From NCBI GenBank assembly GCA_047495785.1, contig JBLDXI010000042.1:3968001-4032000 (forward strand): a stretch of 64,000 bases of DNA, given 5' to 3'. The position numbers and the translations under genes were made by a program. How positions within the stretch are numbered: the stretch's first letter is position 1; each line of letters starts with the position of its first letter. This document shows positions 50,044 to 64,000 of this stretch, one piece after another. The notes under the pieces were generated by a model. That model was not told where the DNA came from, did not search any database, and saw only the letters and a list, made by a program, of their open reading frames with translations. This DNA is from Lepidodermella squamata (Eukaryota > Animalia > Gastrotricha).

Positions 50044-51311
50044 TTATCTAGCTCCATTTTGTTCCTTCGAGTGCATGAGATGGTCCTCCTCGGATCTGAA
50101 TTCCGGGTTCGGGTCGAAGAGCGGCTTCTCGCAACAGGCACCCTGAACACATAGAGCGTCTGGCATGCCGCCTTCGTGTTCGTGGTGGCAGTCTGAGTGC
50201 TTCTGGCACCGTAACTGGCAGCCGTAGTAGCTGGTCAGAGGGACGCCCTCGTAAAACGGGTCGTTGGTCAGAGTAACGCAGGGGTTGCGGCAACACCCGG
50301 CGAAGTTGAAAGCGCGAACACAGGCGAATCGGTTGGTTTTCGTGCAGAAGCCAAGGTGGTCGATTTTGGCCAGATCTTCCTCGGCTAAATCTTCACGGCA
50401 TGCTTTGTAAGGGTGAGCCCGGCCAGTGGCACATGGATCTAGAAAGAATGATAGTTCCGTTTTAGAAAATTCGAGATTTGTGAATTGTCCTAAATAATTG
50501 GGTTCAATTTAAGGAAAATCTTAATTGAAACTTTTGAAATCATTGAATTGGCAATCGATTCTGCGGCTGATTTCCCATTTTTTTATTTTTTCCTATAAAA
50601 TATATATTTTCGAAGTTCGGACTGTTTCCCAGCTTTTCGGAGACCTGAGATAGAATTCCTTAGATACTATTAGATATTAAAAATAAAAAAAATTATATAA
50701 ACCTCTAAAATTTATGCTATGACTGAAATCAAGGAGAAAGGAGGAAGGAAAAAATTATCAAAATAACTATCCTAAGTATTATCTAAAAATTCTACTAAGG
50801 ATAGTTAAGATGAAGTCTAGTTTCGCGATAGTCTTTATTTCACGTTACCTTGGCCATTAAACAATTGTGAAATTTTACCCTTGACTGGCCGAGGATCCAT
50901 ATTCTGTAAAAGGTCCCAGGTCTAGTAAAACGTCATACTCCAAGGAATTTTCCCGAAAAAGCTGGAGATCTAGCTTTCCAATAATAACAAATTCCTTTAA
51001 TCGGTTCCAATTAAACAATATTAGATGCAGCAGTGAGGTACTTAAATTTGTTCTGTAAAAAGTCAGATTTTCTGTAAAAAATGAATTATTTGCTTACTGC
51101 GATGAGGGCATTCATGCGGAGCTCGGCCAGCAGTCATATTCTTCGAGGAATCCATCGGGCATTTTCGATTTCCAACAGCACAGCCAAGAGGTGCGGCACT
51201 GGCTGCCGCTACCAGGGCGCACAGAACAAGACCCCAGTTAATCACACCTGCACAACCAGAAAACAAATTTGCCCCAATAATTCATTTTTAACGACAAAAC
51301 TCACTCGTCAT
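50044..51311 (-). CDS. Small secreted Cys-rich protein with two Lustrin-cystein/WR1-like repeats (3 exons)
   Basis: Signal peptide (GLVLCALVAAASA). The last exon (~50438-50044), in a frame not shown in the ORF track, encodes PCATGRAHP...C...C...C...GCCRNPC...GVP...C...C...C...GACCEKP. Confidence 0.7.
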
Positions 51312-52781
51312 TTATTGAAATTTTCACGATTTATTTCAAAATTTTTCGATGTTTACGAGGTTGAAAAATCGGGCGAAAAACGCGCGCCATTCATTTTTCT
51401 CATATCCAGACGGTGTCTTGCGTGTATTGCGCAACGAATTATAGGCACACGCGCGTTTTTGTTCGCGCGCGCGCTCACCAAATTTTTTACACGCTCAATC
51501 AACATGTTTCCTTTTTACTCATTTTATTTACTTGTTATTTCATCACGGCGTCGAGTGGGGCTACTACCTATACCACCTAATTGGTGTAGTGTTGGTTCCG
51601 CTGCGTTGTAACAAGCCGCTGGCAGAAATTGAGTCCACTCACTCACTCTCCATTACAGGCTCGTAATAATAAACCGATGATGATTGAGCTCACAGGTTGC
51701 CAAATGGAGATCAGACATTAAAACTGAAGCCGGCGTGTAATAAAAGCAGGTAAATAATAATATTAAGAAAGAGGCCCGCTGTAACAAGGCCTACAGGTGT
51801 GTGCGAGATACCCGACTACTACGTTTGGCGGCATGGCGAAAAAGTTTTTATGCTACCTGAGAGAGAGAGAGATGCGGCGGTCGGGGGCGTAATAACTCGC
51901 AGCACACTCGAGTGCTTACAACAACACACAACAAATGAGAACAATGCGCGCGCGCAACAGTTGCGCTTAAGCCTGCTGCTCTTCAGAGCAGGCGAAGTAT
52001 ACCTAAGCACAATGATGGCGCCAACCTTGCGATTCGCCAGGGTCAACAAGGCAACAAAATTTTCCGACTGCGTGAACTCACACGGTAGCTACCGAAATGC
52101 GACGCAGAACTTGTTGAATCAAATTTCTTTCTCGGTCAAACTCATTTATACAGGCTTTCATGTTTTACACTGTTTCACTGCTGTCATACCTATTAAATTA
52201 TTCCTGATTTGATACCATTTCGATTTCATTATAACTTGCCTGTACCGCTTTTCGATATTTCAGGTTTAATTAGGCATTATCCAGTCGAAATAAGCCGTTT
52301 TTTAAACCGTTTATCATGAAATCAGCATGACTGGAAAATTAATTGGTCTTTCAGCTCTCCTCCTCCTCCTCCTACAAATCAATACCCACAAAACTACCTT
52401 AATTCTCAACGAATTGAAAAATTCTAGAAATTAGAAATGAACACTTATTTGTATAATATTCCCACGCGCAGGTATCATCGAAAATAAGTATCGAGTTTTC
52501 GGTAATTTTTTGGTTTTTTCCCTGAAAATTCGTGGAAAATTGAAAGGCTTTAATTTTTGCAAAACTGATTCGGTTGATGAGAATTAATTTTGTCTTTATT
52601 CAAGTTTGTATAGTTCAAATTTTTCGTAATTTTTTTATTTTCTATAAAATTGTCTTTAGGTAACTTCAATTGAAAAATTATGTTCGACATTTTTGAGAAA
52701 TATTAAAAAATTTCACGCTTAATAATACATGAGTTATTATTTCACCTGAAAATTTGACATTTCTCTCTAGATTTTTTTATA

Positions 52782-53911
52782 ATGAGGCTTCTCATAATAA
52801 TATTAGCCGCTTTTATATCGTCGACAATTTGCCAAAAATCAGCCCAGAAACAGCGATGCGGCGAAATGGTTAAGCGATTCGAAAACTGCATCATTTCCGT
52901 ATTCAGCAACAACGATCTCGGCCAAACGCCTGCCGAATATTTAACAGAAAATTTTCCCCTATTCTTAGATTCACTCAGGTAAAGATTCTTTCCCTATTGG
53001 AAAATTGAAATTTCTTTATTAATATTTACAGTGGTGCAAATTTAACGAATTTGGTTCAGCCCGAGTCTGCTTTCAGACAAGAAATTTATCTTGGCTCAAA
53101 CGTTTTCCGCCATTGTCACGATTTCAATCGATTCGAGACTTGCCTGGACTTTAAATTCGACGAATGCTTTAAAGGCAATTTTTCAACCGCGGATATTATG
53201 ACCCAAGTTCGCCGATTGATTCGCCACTACGGCGGCGAGCGTTACCAAGCTCTGAAATTTTCGGATAAACGAATTGCTGACGTCACTGCTGGGATGGGTT
53301 ACTTTTGCGGGTCGAAAATGGGACATCTCGAAAAATACCGCGAATGCTTACTCAGTGTTTTCCAGCAGAATAAGGCCCTTGGTTTCGACGCCTTGGCCCT
53401 GTCCGAGGCCACTAATAAAGGCGTTGAATGGAACGCTAAATTATGCAATCAAACGCAGCGATTTTTGAATAGCCTCACGTTTGCGGTAAAACGAAGTTGC
53501 GAGGCGAAATTTCGCCAAAATGGCGGAAATTCAGCTGCGAATGAAGTCCTGGAAATTTTGAACAAATTATTCGCAATGGCCATCGAGGCGAATGAAGGAT
53601 TTTCGGCGCAGAAATGCCGCCTTTTCGGCACATCGCCGAAGCAGTCAAGCGTGACGGCTCCATCAGCGATTCGGGGTAAAAGTAAATCGCCACCTGTTGT
53701 TGGCAATAAGCAGCAGCTGGGAAAGGCTGGGACGAAAATGGAGAAAATCAACCAACCGGAACTTCGAGCCAAGTCGGCATATCGGCCCGGTTTTTCGGTC
53801 GACTACGGCGTGGATGATTTCGAGCAATCAAGCGAAGCGTCAATCAATGATCAACAGATAGTTTTATCGATTCTAATCAGTCTGTTTTCACTTCTTGCCG
53901 TTATTTACTAA
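52782..53911 (+). CDS. Secreted, probably GPI-anchored helical Cys-rich protein (DUF19-like spacing); exons 52782-52978, 53032-53911
   Basis: Signal peptide MRLLIIILAAFISSTIC, spaced cysteines in amphipathic helices, and a C-terminal small-residue site followed by the hydrophobic tail IVLSILISLFSLLAVIY. Confidence 0.75.
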
Positions 53912-54361
53912 AAAATTAATTGTTGTCGATTGAATAAAAAGAGAAAATTTTCAGTTTTTCAAGTTTTATTTCAATCATTCTTTCCGCGTGACTGTAAAAT
54001 GGGCAAGATAGAGCTAGGATTCCATATCGCACATCCATACAAAATTCGCTGACAATAATATAATACGCAATTTACAACAATATTACAAGGTTAATGGTTA
54101 ATTTTCATCGCCTGGCTTTTCAATTGCACAATTCAGACCCCGAAATTAAACGAATTGGGTAAGAGATAAAAATGAAAATCCGCAGGCGACAAAAAATGAA
54201 CTAAAATTCACCGAGAAATTCAGCTGGCATGTATTGGGTATCATCTATTTTTTTGGATTTTTTCCGCATTTTTTTCGAATTCGGAAGCCCTTTGTTCACG
54301 ACCTCACAACGCTTATGACAATAAAATATGGCTAAATACTAAAATTGATATATTATAATCG

Positions 54362-56866
54362 CTATACGACTGCTTGGTTAAAAGAATGGCCGATTCGGTA
54401 AATCTGAAATAAAAATTACAAAAATTTAGGAAAAACTCCCGAGCTCGAAGTGAAACTAACCAATATTGAAATGAAAGCAAGAGATGTAGTTGAATGGCAT
54501 TGTTTCAGGAAACTGTGAGCACTCGATGTTTTGCCTGTTCGATAAGCATCGATGGCCTCTAGATCCCAGCCAGAAGCTTTTTTATTAGCTTTCAATTAAA
54601 AGAAAAAACAAAACATAGAAACAACGCTCGCTTGAAATTTTTCAAAAATTTGATAGTTTACGTATAGAGGGAAATTAACTTATTTTAGAAAAAAATTCAG
54701 AAATAAAGGAGGAAAAAATCAGGAAAAAACAAAATTGAAGGGTGACACAAGTGCAGACATTGTTTCTATTGTTTTGCTATACAAAAATGGGGTCGTGACC
54801 TTACCTGGAGTTGTCGTTATTTTCGCCGGTGCCGCGATGGGACCACCACCGCTGGTGTAGTTTGATGACGATGAGGCGTTGACAGGCGATGACAGCGTCG
54901 CGTTAATTGCCACTGTCACATTGCTGCTTGCATTGACACCAGCCGCGGAACTTGTTGTAACTACAGGACTAGATGTTGTTGACGGCAATGATTGCCGTTG
55001 TTTCTCTGATACAGCAATAGCCGTGTCATCCGTGGCAGTTGACACAACTGATGTCGTCGTCGTTTGTTGTTGCTCACTTGTCGTGGAAACGGACGCGACA
55101 ATGGGCGTGCTCGACTCGGTCGTAGTTGTTGATATTGTTGTTGATGATGTAGGAGTTGATGGCTCTGTTGTTGACGTAGGGGATTCATCCGTTTTGGACG
55201 AATCGCTTGGTACTATCAGACCTTGGTTCCGAGTGGTTGTTGTAGGCGTGGTAGTAGTAGTTGTTGTTGTAGTAGTGGTTGTTGTTCTAGTGGTTCTAGT
55301 AGTAGTCGGTGAAGTTGTAGAAGGACGCGATGTAGTTCGAGTGGGCGATACTGCCTCAACTGGGCCAATCATATCGGGTTTTTTAGGAGTGGTTCGAGTT
55401 GAAGAGGACTGAAAAATATAGAATAATTGAAATTAGGAAAATGGGAGAAAAAGAAAAATCTAAATGTTACCACTCGGAGGAAAATTTTAACCATAAAAAT
55501 GAATTGTTACGAATTTATATGTCTTATTTGCGCGTTTGACGCTTGCGCTAATGTTGTGGGAAAAAATTCGCTTATCAACCAGCCAGCTCAAATTAAACCT
55601 ACCGAGAAAATAAACCGAAGACAGAAAAAATTTACTGGAGAAAACCCGGAAAACCCTGATGATAACTGGTTCGGTAATTTTCGGTATTTTACCCGGTTGG
55701 ACCAAATTTCTCCGGAATTTTTTGATCCCACTAACAAGTGACTTTCTTAATTACTATTCTCGGGATTTTTTAGAATTTTCCGAACATTTTCTGGCCATGA
55801 AATGTGACTTCGTCTCTCATTTTAGAGTTTCTGAACCCTTCCCCGTGTATTTTCTTTCCTTGCGCTACTTATGGGACACGGGATATTACGATGAATAAAG
55901 AAATTTTAGAAAATCGGACAATGAAATAAAAAAATTATTCCATAATATCTGCAGCAGCTACAGGATTGGCCGGTTTCTAACCTTAAACCATCAACAGCTC
56001 GTTTTTGCTTCAAAAATGACAGAAAATCGCTTGAAACCAATAATTTTATAAAAATTAAATATTACAGCCCAGCGCGACGTGAAAAACGGGGAAGGGCAAA
56101 TGGTAGGGGAAACTATTAAAAACTCTCAAGTGAGGTTCCAGAAATAAAAAAATTGGTTGAAACGGAAAATTATACCCTAGTAACAGGTCTCGGCGTAGTT
56201 TTCGTTGTTTGGACTTCATCATCGGTTGATCTCGCATTAGGAATCGTCATCCGAGTAGGAGTTGTTCGAATGGTTTCCCCCGATTTCCCCTCCGAAGAAG
56301 TTGATATCGTGGCGGGTTCGACCAGCTTTAAAGTTCGACCTAGGTCATGGTAAAAAATTAGTAAAATCAATTTCGGTATTATTTCGGTATTATTTTCTCA
56401 ACATTTGGGCGTGAACAATTATTTCTTATTATTTTTCAAATTTTTTTTGCCAATTTTCTCATTATTTATTGCTTAAGAATTTACCATTTATGATGATGAC
56501 GGTGTCTTTTTTCGTAGTCGAGGTGCCGGTTTTAATAGGTTTGCGGTAGAAATGCGACGTTTCATTCGCACTTTCAACGCACGCATCACCCACCAGCTCG
56601 CAGTAATTATTCGTCTCGGGTATATTAAACCCGAAACACGTCGCATACGTCGCGTAGCGACACAGCGAGGCGCATTGTTTTATCAACTTTTCCAACGCAG
56701 TCGGCTTGGCGTAGATGCGCTGACCCTGCCGGCCACCGGCTACGTCAGGCATCGCGCATCGAACATCGACCATCGATTCGTAATCGGCTAGCTTTATCCG
56801 CGTATCGATCGCCCGGCCGATTTCGAGGCATAGGAAAATTACGATTAAAAACCGGCTCGACAGCAT
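54362..56866 (-). CDS. PAN/apple domain + mucin-like Thr/Ser-rich cell-surface protein (about 5 exons; 3' end uncertain)
   Basis: Signal peptide, the PAN motif CASLC....TCFGFN.....CEL, poly-Thr exons (56341-56176, 55409-54804), and a moderately hydrophobic C-terminal exon (SLAFISIL). Confidence 0.72.
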
Positions 56867-58902
56867 TGAGCCGGAAAATGTCCGAAATCTTATAAATGAG
56901 CTCTAAAATAGATGATTCAGATAACAAAAATATTAATTGGTTATCATATGACAAGGTAAAACTCTCTCACGTGTTTTAGGTGGCGACAAAAAACACGATT
57001 GTTTATCATCTAAAAGGCCCCTATTAGTTATCATTTACCATCGACTCGCGGTGATGATGATGATGATTATTGCGTGCATGTGCCGGCCGTATAATAGCGC
57101 TTTTTTGGCAGCAATTGACGCGCCCCGAGTTATTAACCTATAAGGTCATAACTTACACGCGTGCGTAATATAATGATATCTTGTAGTAAAAAAAGGTGCG
57201 ACAAAAAAATGGCAACGTTTTGCTGTAGCTGAGTGCATAAGGTGTTTAAACGTAAAATCAGTCAAGGAAAAAAATCGGGATATTACTGTAATGTATAATA
57301 ATTATGTTACATGTTGTAATAAAATGTTATTTAAGATAACAATTAACTCAGCAATTTTAATTGCGCCAAGTGTGTGAATGCAATTATTGTCGCGACAAAT
57401 CTGCGGACAAGAAGTGATGACATGGAATTATTTGGCACATCTAGCAGCGCTAGTGCTGTTATTGGCGGCGGCGTTAAGCTGTTGGCTCGCGGTAGTAGGT
57501 AGTTGTATAGGCATTTGAAAAGGAACACACAATCTTCTCGCGCGTCGCCAGTCGCGAAAAACGCCGCTGCAGTCGCCCGTCGCTCACGAGCGAGCAGGCA
57601 TATAAATACATTGCTAGTCGTATTTTATTATATACTTACGCGCTTTTGCTAATAAGCATCACAGCGGCAACAGGTGTAAAGTGTCGCTACTCGAGCGCTT
57701 TCCCGCACTACTACACCTGTTATAGCAGGTAGCGGACACTTTTCTGCGTTTTTTCACCTTTTTCCGCGTTTGTTATAGCGAGACTATAAAAACCGGTATA
57801 TAAAATTATTTTTCTTGCTCTTAAGGAGTGTCGTAACTTGCATAAAAATATTGTTATTTCAACTAAATAAGTAAAAATGTAATAATATTAGGACGAAAAA
57901 TGCAGATATTATTATACCAGTGCGAAATTCTCGGCTGAAAAAGCCGAAAAAACAAGACGGTAATAAAAAATGGGCCTTTTATTGTCTTGCAGCGGCATGT
58001 CTTTGAAATATTGAGACGCGTTTTTTTATTAACCGGCAACAATGCGCGTTGAAATGTCAGACGCGCGCAATTAATCAAAAAATGTGGTGTAAAAAACACG
58101 GTCGGTAAAAATAAGCACGAAACACGGAAATCTTCGATAAGATCATGAGCTGAGATTAAAAATCGTAATGAAAACATCGCGTGAGAATTTTTCTAACCTA
58201 AAATATGAAAAAAACGGGACATTTTTCAGGGATATTTATTTCCAAGATCTGTTAATGATAAAGCAATCACAGGTAAACAAAAAATAATTTTCGCAAAATC
58301 AGTGGGAGAAAAATTTTGCATAAATTTTTGATGAATGCATCAAGAGCGATAAATAATTCACCTTTAGGTTGTTTTTGTTTGTTGAAAATTCATCAGCCAT
58401 ATAGCGTAAGTATATATTTGAGGAAGTGTTGGGATGCATGCGATAATTCGAATATTTTTATATACTATAACAGAACGCTTTAATTGAGGGCGATGGTGAA
58501 GACAAAGCGCGCAGGAGGAATACATAAACAATAGCTGACAATGGAACCCGTCGCCATACGCATAAACAGTCAATTTATTTTAAACAAGGTGGAGAGCGCA
58601 CGGGGCATAGTCTGAAAATATTATATGCTATATGTTCTAATAATTTGTTCTAACACTCATCTACGCATCTCGTTAACACTTGACTGAAAAACACAACATC
58701 GAGACATTCTCATCCTGCGAGCAAGTAAAAGTCAACACAGAAAACATTGATGCCACCTTTTTTCCCCGCACGAATCTCAAAAAGGTCAAAGGTAATAAAA
58801 TACCGCCATTTTTATGCCATTTTTTTCGTGACTATGCGTCACGCGGTGAATAAGCCTGGAATAAGCCTGAGGCTGATTCATCTTGCCCATTTTATTTGCC
58901 GA

Positions 58903-58923
58903 ATATATATATATATATATATA
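58903..58923. repeat. (AT)n microsatellite
   Basis: About ten consecutive AT units. Confidence 0.9.
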
Positions 58924-60550
58924 GGTATCGCTAAAAGGAGTGCTAGTTGAAAATAAACATTCCACGACTGAGTTTTTTCTCAAGATTTTTCACCCGCGCA
59001 CCGTCAGTCAGCAGGGGGAAGGCGGTGTATGGCCCTAGACACATAAAAGGCAATAATGTCACATAATTATAAGGTGATGCGGAATGAACAAAAAGAAAAA
59101 TTATAGCGCGTATGCAATTATCGCGTTATTATATAGAAAATGTGTGCGCGCGCACAAATTTAAAGGTGCGCAAATTTTGTTTATTTGTACCTGGACCGGC
59201 GCTACACCCGGGGCAAACGCAGTTAAAGATCAGATACAATTATTCATCGAAATTATTAAAAAAAAATTCAGAGCAAATACCAAATCATGAATTGCACCAA
59301 TTTCAGGGCAAATTTTTTAGAATCGCAAAAATGAAAAGCCAACACAATTTGTTTGATGAAACTTGACGGCTCGTCAAAAAGTCGCTAGAGCGCGAGTAAA
59401 CAGGACTCAATAAGCCTGGATCCCTCCATATTTTCTCTAAATAATGATAATAGTGACCACACGATGAATACGAGGAAGATGACTATAAATGATAAAAATG
59501 GACTAGCAATTTGAAATGATTAGGATATAGAATAGGACAGCCGTTGAAATTTGCGCTCGATTGATTTTGGTTAAAAAGCCATCAATTATATAAACAGGAA
59601 AAGCCTCTTTCATATTTAGCTCATCGCCAATGATGATGACCGCTAAATAGCTGAAGATTTACTGGTACTAAATAATATGCGGTTACAGCCCGGTCCTGAA
59701 GTTCGAAATTTTTTCGACTCGGAAGTCCTGAAAAATTGGAAACGGATGCTGGCTAATTTGGCTCCTTCTGGTACAATGTCTGGTGCAATTTTTCCCCCGA
59801 CAGGTTTAAGGACAGATGTAAGGCTGAAATCAGCTTATATAAAAATCTGTAATAATAAATGCAAATGACGATTAAATAGCCCATCAAACTGCTCTCTGGT
59901 GAATAGATACCCCTTGAATGGCGTCGAGTCATTAGCTGAAAATGATAAAAAATATCTTTGAGAGAATCACGTGTGAGACATGTCCTTTGAAAAGTTTTTT
60001 ATTTATTATTTACAGGCCTCTCGAGAAATATTTATTTCGATTTTTCGCCGTTCCGTGTTATTTATTGCCAAGTTGCGATACAAAAATTATCTGTACATAT
60101 TAGTTTTAGGTGAATTGTTTATAATAGAGTGGGTTCATATTTTACATACCTCAAGGCGGAGATCATGACGTGAACGTTTTTTTTTCAGTGCGAGAGAAAA
60201 ACAAAGGAAGTAAATAATTAATTCGATTTTTCACAATAAAATTGCCCTTAACGATTTTCAAGTACTTCAAGTAATAAAACTCTGGTATATTAACAATTTT
60301 AGAAAACTAAATTAATATTTGCGAATTAAAGGGCAGTTGTTTATTTTTTACAATTCCAGCAATTGCGATTCGTAGAAGAATAAAACGCCGGGTATTAGTG
60401 TAGATACATGTAGAATCGAACCTATTTATAGTACAACAAGAATTGAGAGACGCAAAAATTTCGCGAAAGCGTCGGAAATGAAAAATCGCTCACCTTTTGC
60501 ATTCGCAATTTTATTTTGATGCTTTCAGCCGTCAGTCTTATAGTTGCAGG

Positions 60551-63500
60551 TCACATTTTGATTTCGGCCGCTATCAACAGGTGCAACATCGAAAAGGCGA
60601 CCAACGCCAAGTTGAGTACAGAAATTAGGAATGGCGAGTGACCTAGAAAAATTTAACAAAATTTCACTTTAAAATTAAAAAATTTGAAATATGACCTAGA
60701 TTAGGACACGCATTTTTTCAAATTTCATCTTTCAGCTTTCAGTAAAATTTGTCATGATTTCTCGTAAATTTAAAAAAACTTACGACTGGCCAAATTTGTT
60801 TTCTGCGCACTCGGTGCTTGCGTAGAATTATTAGCCGGGGTAGTAACAGCATCGAATGCTCGAACCGTTGTACTTAAATTGGAAGGCGCCACAGTGGTAC
60901 CGACTGAAACAAAAGAAATTAGCAATTATTATTACATTACGAAGCAATAGTGCCATGGCTACGCAAGTGTAAATGAAGGCAAGAAGCAAATGATAAGAAA
61001 TTATAACCAAAAACCGAGTGAGATTCATGCAGGGTGCATCCAGGTGTAAAAAAGCAAACATCAGAGGATTTTCATTATAGTGTCCTTTTTCAACCACCTG
61101 AGGTCGCTGTAGTCACAGAAGTGGTGGTGGTAGTTGCTATTCTACTCCATCCTGGCGGTATTTCACTGGTCCAAATCCAAACCAGCGGCTCTTTAGTAAT
61201 TCTTCGTGTAAGTGGTTGTATCGGTATTCTCGATGTAATAAACTGCTGCCAGAAAGACGTTGTACTCTGCTCCGATTGTTTCGGTGTTTGACGCGGTGTG
61301 GTTGTGAGAGAGTTCAAGTCAGACAAAAATGTGGAGAAAAGAAGGAGTTTGGAAGATACTGAGAGTGGAGAAAAGCTAGTGAGATTTTCAGACTCTGTTG
61401 TGATCACTGGGGGCACATTAGTAACCGTATCAGGGAAATTACTTGGTCGAGAACTCGAAGATGATGAAGAAGAAGAATTTATCGTTGTATTAGTGGAGCC
61501 AGTCGAGACGGTTGCCGTGACTGAAGATTGGCCACTTTGGGTGGAATTAGCCACGGCATCGATTGACGTCGAGCCTACTGACGTAGTAAAGCTTTCAAGT
61601 CGCTTTGTTGGAGATGCAGTAGTCGGAAGGTCGTCAGAGACTCCTTTGGTGCTGAAATTTCCTGAACGAGCCGAGGTTGGAATTGTCTCCAAGGAAATAC
61701 TCTCATTTTTCGTTACAATCGGAGCGCCACTACTTGTCTGTAGACCAGCGAGAGTCGATGTAACTGTTTCAACTGAACCTCCAACAGTGAGCATAGTTGT
61801 GTTGAGTTGAGACATTTGGGTTGAGGAAACTGCCATGGTTGCACTGGTTGGAATCGTGTCGCCTGTGACAGTATTCTGGCCAAGAAGAGTAGATGCTAGA
61901 CTTGTAGCTTTCCATTCTTTAGCGCTTGTAGTTGGAGCGCCAGATGTTGCATCAGGTTCACTTTTAATAGTTGTGGGGCTAGCAACAGTCGGTTCCGTAA
62001 CAAGTGACGACCCAACGGAACTAGGGGTTATCGCCGAAATCGAAGTAAGTATAGAAGATGATTCATTGCTCATCATTGCGGTAGAGCTGGTCCAGTTCAA
62101 AGATGAAGTAAAAACATCTGTTTTAGGATTGCTGGCAATCGTAGTGCTCTCAGCTTTGCTAGTTGTAGCTTCAGAAAGGACAATCGTACGAGGGGTTGAC
62201 TCGCTGAAGCTTGCAGATGCATTACTGACAGCTTCTGAAACAGGACTCTGATTTGTGAAGTAATCCGTCATAGGAACAGCCGTTGAGCTTGTAACAGTCG
62301 ACGGTGGAGCGGCATCGATGATAGTGGTCATTTCTTGCCTCGTAGTAGAACTTATCGTCGAGCTGGCAGTGATTTCCGCTATAGAGCTAGTAGTTGCTTT
62401 AGAATCAGTTGCAGTCGTAGAAACAAGGTCCGATGGCGGAAGGGAACCGCCAGTATAGGGATTCATTATCGGTGTCGCGGTATTAGATGAAGTCGAGGCA
62501 ATAGGTTCCACGGTAGTTGAAAGCAGCAGCCCCGCGGACTTATTCGAAGAAACCATCGACGAAGTAACTTCCGTCATTGCTGGAACTGTAGTTGTAGCAG
62601 AAGGCGAGGAGCCTTTGAAAGCGTCTTCCTCGATAACCTTCGCGCTTTTTGAAGCTGTGACTCCAGCCTCAGATTCCGAAGTCGTGCTGCCAACGACTGT
62701 GCTTGGCGCTGGTTTAGTTGACGATACCTCAGAAGGTATCGTACGCTCTGGAACAGAATAACTTGAGTTAGTCAGAATGACATTACTAAACAGGGTTGAA
62801 GTTAGCACACGATCCGTGGTTGCAGTGGTTGTGATGAAAGAATCAGTGATTGACAGTGAGGTAGTGTTATTTGAAATAATATTAGAAACAGTTGTTTCGG
62901 TGATTGGTGACTCAGCAGTCGTTTCTCTTGACGGAGCACTTGTTTCCGGTTGGGAACTAGAAAGGGTAGATGGTAACAAAGTTGTGATCACAAAACTGCT
63001 TGGTGAGCTGACATCGATTGGGCGGCCCGATGAGCTAATAATATCAGTGACATGAGCGATTTGTGAGGTAACAATAATATCCGTTGATATCTCAGATTGC
63101 GAGCCGTGCTGTGTTGAGCTTGAAAGTTGTACATTCGCCTGACCTATCTCAGACGGCCTGGTTTCTGTAGTTTCATCCGCTGCAGGAGAAGTATGTGAGA
63201 CATTTGATCTCGAAGCAGGCCATCTACCTGTGGTACTTGTATCTTCAGCTGCGGTAATATTCATTGAATCTTCCACAGTGGTCAAATCACCGATGCTTCG
63301 CTGACTCGTAACGCCTAGTACAGATGGCGCAATAGTGATATCAACTTCTGTTGCGTTCAGAATTCTTCCTTTAATTGTCGACAGAATCCTAGATGAAGGT
63401 TTTGTAGTTAGGTCAGACGACGAAACAAGCACAGCTTTTGTGGTCAAAATATTAGCATTGTCAATCAGCGTAGTTTCGGTTGCGTTTATAGCTTCCTTAT

Positions 63501-64000
63501 CAGTAGTAGATGCTTCTCTTCCATAAGACATTACAGTTGTAAGTATTAGATAGTCAGCTGTTGTAATTCCGAGCGAATAGTCAGTTGTCCTGGAATCCAG
63601 GTTCGTTGCAGTTTCGGAAGCGTGCTTTGTAGTGAAGCCCGCAGTTTGGTCGTCCAAACGCTTTGCGGTCATGTTACTTCTTCCAGCAATCTCTGTCGAT
63701 GTCATTTCAGACATTTTCTCGCCAGAAACATCAACAGCTGATCCTGACGTCGATGATACATACAGCTCTGAGGGTTTAGTTATAGCTGAAACTTCCTTCC
63801 CGCCCTGGCGGCTGGTCGACTGAGCTTCTGCTGTTTCGTTCTGCCTGTTAGTTGAAGCTTCACCTGGAATAGCAGTGGATCTCTGAGTACCGATCTCAAG
63901 CGTTTCGTTCGATACATTCAAATCACTGGTGAAATTTTCCCGAAACGTAAATTTGTCGGTGACCTGAATTTCAGGCGCATTGGATGGTTCTGTTTCAATC
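60551..64000 (-). CDS. Large mucin-like Ser/Thr-rich protein with a C-terminal hydrophobic anchor; 5' end lies beyond the window
   Basis: The frame is open from the window end to ~61097 (>960 aa, S/T-rich, many NxS/T sites). It splices to ~60903-60784 and ~60641-60551, ending PFLISVLNLALVAFSMLHLLIAAEIKM*. Confidence 0.8.

Noticed and set aside
61298-63823. Val-rich plus-strand ORFs opposite the mucin (also 54879-55412)
   Set aside because: They are antisense shadows of Thr/Ser codons.
1-64000. Prokaryotic systems (defence operons, CRISPR, rRNA)
   Set aside because: Genes are spliceosomal-intron-containing animal genes throughout, and no such features were seen.

Overview
This is eukaryotic (animal, probably invertebrate) genomic DNA. 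It is gene-dense, with mostly short (about 45-60 nt) GT-AG introns. I reconstructed 19 protein-coding genes by hand. In order along the window: a membrane-anchored P-loop ATPase; a METTL7/TMT1-like methyltransferase; a C-type-lectin/WSC/transmembrane/collagen protein; an M13 neprilysin-like peptidase; a second METTL7/TMT1-like paralogue; an NCOA4-like protein; BRF1; a six-repeat protein of unknown family; FAM78-like; stomatin; a catalytically dead calpain-5-like protein; beta-arrestin; VPS72/YL1; a carbohydrate sulfotransferase; WDR82; a Dmrt2/11E-like transcription factor; a Lustrin/WR1-repeat secreted protein; and a GPI-type Cys-rich protein, followed by two mucin-like genes (the last truncated by the window end). 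The window also holds a USP-like pseudogene, three MITE-like inverted-repeat elements, and a Penelope-like remnant with a decayed hammerhead motif. The most striking item is a 1033-aa predicted type I membrane receptor whose lectin/WSC domains face outside and whose long Gly-X-Y collagen region lies after the transmembrane helix, apparently in the cytoplasm. Also notable are three head-to-tail gene pairs only 131-156 bp apart with 3' splice sites upstream of the second ATG (candidate trans-spliced operons), and an ATPase that resembles a fungal/protist family. All family assignments come from motif recognition, not database searches, and exon boundaries are manual.
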